Made by a program: the position numbers and the translations under genes
The notes under the pieces: model-generated
The model's database searches: none
Told to the model about the DNA's origin: nothing
What the model saw: only the letters and a program-made list of their open reading frames with translations
Assembly (NCBI RefSeq): GCF_963921235.1
Contig: NC_086097.1
Coordinates: forward strand, 33,606,001-33,670,000
Source of the DNA: Mobula hypostoma
Taxonomy: Eukaryota
Direction of reading: 5' to 3'
DNA length: 64,000 bases
Shown here: positions 63,951-64,000 of the stretch, one piece after another
How the letters are laid out: every line of letters begins with the position of its first letter
How positions within the stretch are numbered: position 1 is the first letter of the stretch

Positions 63951-64000
63951 TCGGAATCAAGTTTATTATCACCGGCATGTGACATGAAGTTTGTTACCTT

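Noticed and set aside
28000..64000. Exons of usual NEK9 neighbours (TMED10, ACYP1, ZC2HC1C)
   Set aside because: No recognisable peptide matches, although small exons could have been missed.

Overview
Vertebrate nuclear DNA; the repeat families suggest a cartilaginous fish, possibly a ray (inference). The left ~27.5 kb holds the 5' part of a NEK9 kinase gene on the minus strand. I traced 13 coding exons by hand, from ATG 27522 to 4134 (1539 nt, 513 aa), all GT-AG with consistent phases; they cover the kinase domain and part of the RCC1 repeats, and the gene probably continues off the left edge. Most of the rest is layered transposon sequence: CR1 and Rex1/Babar-like LINEs, two Penelope-like (RT + GIY-YIG) families, tRNA-derived SINEs, two solo LTRs, and Tigger- and hAT-like DNA elements. 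There is also a CpG-rich promoter-like island near 53.8-54.2 kb. Main observations: (1) a 19-unit minisatellite built from the NEK9 exon 8/intron 8 junction, giving 18 extra splice donors, most preceded by a possible 12-nt microexon, at the end of the kinase domain; (2) many minimal hammerhead-ribozyme motifs in Penelope pseudo-LTRs, two of them intact and sense to the NEK9 pre-mRNA; (3) fold-back Penelope insertions with target-site duplications; (4) a DNA transposon with a 6-bp target-site duplication and a zinc-finger exon remnant. Family assignments come from motif recognition only; no searches were run.
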